Source: Lama guanicoe | Taxonomy: Eukaryota | Length of the DNA: 64,000 bases | Assembly (NCBI GenBank): GCA_013239625.1 | Contig: MU053754.1 | Span: 186,001-250,000, forward strand | Direction of reading: 5' to 3' | Shown here: positions 62,776 through 64,000 of the stretch, piece by piece | Layout of the letters: every line of letters begins with the position of its first letter | Numbering within the stretch: position 1 is the stretch's first letter | The notes under the pieces: model-generated | Told to the model about the DNA's origin: nothing | Database searches by the model: none | Seen by the model: the letters and a program-made list of their open reading frames with translations, nothing else | Translations under genes and position numbers: made by a program

Positions 62776-63303
62776 CTCTGGAGCCACCCTGTCAACTTAC
62801 ACAGACATCATAAAAATGGGCTGAAGCCGTTTCCGAAAGCCCTCAGACCAGTGGTCGGGACGGCAGCATTCTATTGGTTTAAGACCTCGTTTGGAATGAA
62901 GTGGCAGAATTCAGACTTCCTGCCTATGAACAAAGATTATTTCATTGCTTATCTTCCCTTTGTGCTCATATCCTTTCATTTAAATCAACAAACTGAAGCT
63001 CATACACAACAGCCATGATAGACAGGTTCTGATCAGAAAAGGTTCTTGCATAATCACATTGAGTTGTGTGAAGAAAAATGACTCTTTGGGGCACTTGGAG
63101 AGAGAGTCTGACCTGGAAATGTATGGGAATCACGGTCAGAAACATACCATTATTTGAGAAGCTGCTGAGTTCTGAAGTTACACTTTCATAATGGGAACAG
63201 AACAGAGCCTTTCTGTTTATTTTTGTGTTCAGTCAGAGCCCCATCAGTGCCAAGCAAGGCACAGATGGACAGACTCCAGGAGAGATATCAGAGCTTCTGT
63301 ATT

Positions 63304-63616
63304 CGGGGTCGGAGAACTTCTTCTCCAAGGAGCCAGTGAACGTTAGGCTTTGCTGGCCAGTGTTTGTCCCAGAGGATTGAGCCTCTCCCATTTGAGTGGG
63401 AAAGTTACCACAGACATTTCATGCACAGTGACGTGGCTGTGCTTCAATAACTCTGTATTTATGGACCCTCAGATTTGAGTTTTATATATGTTTCACATGT
63501 GACAAGATCGTCTTTTGCTTTGGGGGGAAAACTGTAAAAATGTAAGGACCATCCCTAGTGTGTAGACTGTGCGTAGTCTGGGTTTGGCTCATGGGGGTGC
63601 CGTTTTCCAAGCCCTG
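63304..63616 (+). mobile_element. MER58B-like hAT-Charlie element
   Basis: ggggtcggagaacttctt...gtggctgtgcttcaataact...tttatggac...atttgagttttatata...aaaaatgtaaggaccatcc...ttccaagccctg. Confidence 0.85.
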
Positions 63617-64000
63617 TTCTATAGAATCAGCTTCAGTAGAGCTTTCAATGTGCCTGTGTACACCAAGGGAAGGAAAAACGCCTTTGCACCCCCAGACCAA
63701 ATACTACAGAAAGCACTTAATTAAATGAACATCCCTACTAACCTTTACCCACATCTGCATTTATCTAATTAATGTGGCATAACAGTAACTAAAAAACAGT
63801 GGAAGGAGCCTTATTGTATGTGTATATGTATTAATGTCTATGTATATTTAAATGAGTATCAGTATTTCAGTCTTCCTCCTCTCTGAAAGGCGCCAATCGA
63901 AGTCAGTTATTCTACAAAACACCGTAGTTCTGGCCAGACCTCATCGTGAGAAATGTTACAAAAATGATCTTGGAAGTTTTTCAGGGGATTTTTCCTCCTG

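Overview
Mammalian, mostly non-coding genomic DNA, most likely camelid (Camelus/Lama/Vicugna). The lineage call rests on a tRNA-Ala-derived Vic-1-like SINE and cetartiodactyl/camelid-type L1 3' ends. I found no credible protein-coding exon; the ORF track is explained by L1 ORF2 remnants, GC-rich DNA and chance. About 13 of 16 young L1 3' fragments are antisense, suggesting an intron of a + strand gene that I cannot identify. The window is dense with L1, L2, MIR, ERV/MaLR LTRs and DNA transposons; all family names come from recalled consensus motifs, not from a search. The most unusual region is ~29.4-37.5 kb. There an old antisense L1M appears to have been remodelled in place into a CpG-rich 30-bp minisatellite with higher-order structure, a promoter-like octamer/TATA/YY1 cluster, a 45-bp hairpin minisatellite with an AT-to-GC gradient, and an orphan CpG island that still aligns by eye to AT-rich L1 ORF2. 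This is consistent with a GC-biased gene conversion hotspot creating new regulatory-like DNA. Other oddities: a local inverted copy of a MER96B segment, a ~245-bp foldback element built from ~30-bp subunits, a ~520-bp insert splitting an L1 tail, and a chimeric, internally duplicated L1.
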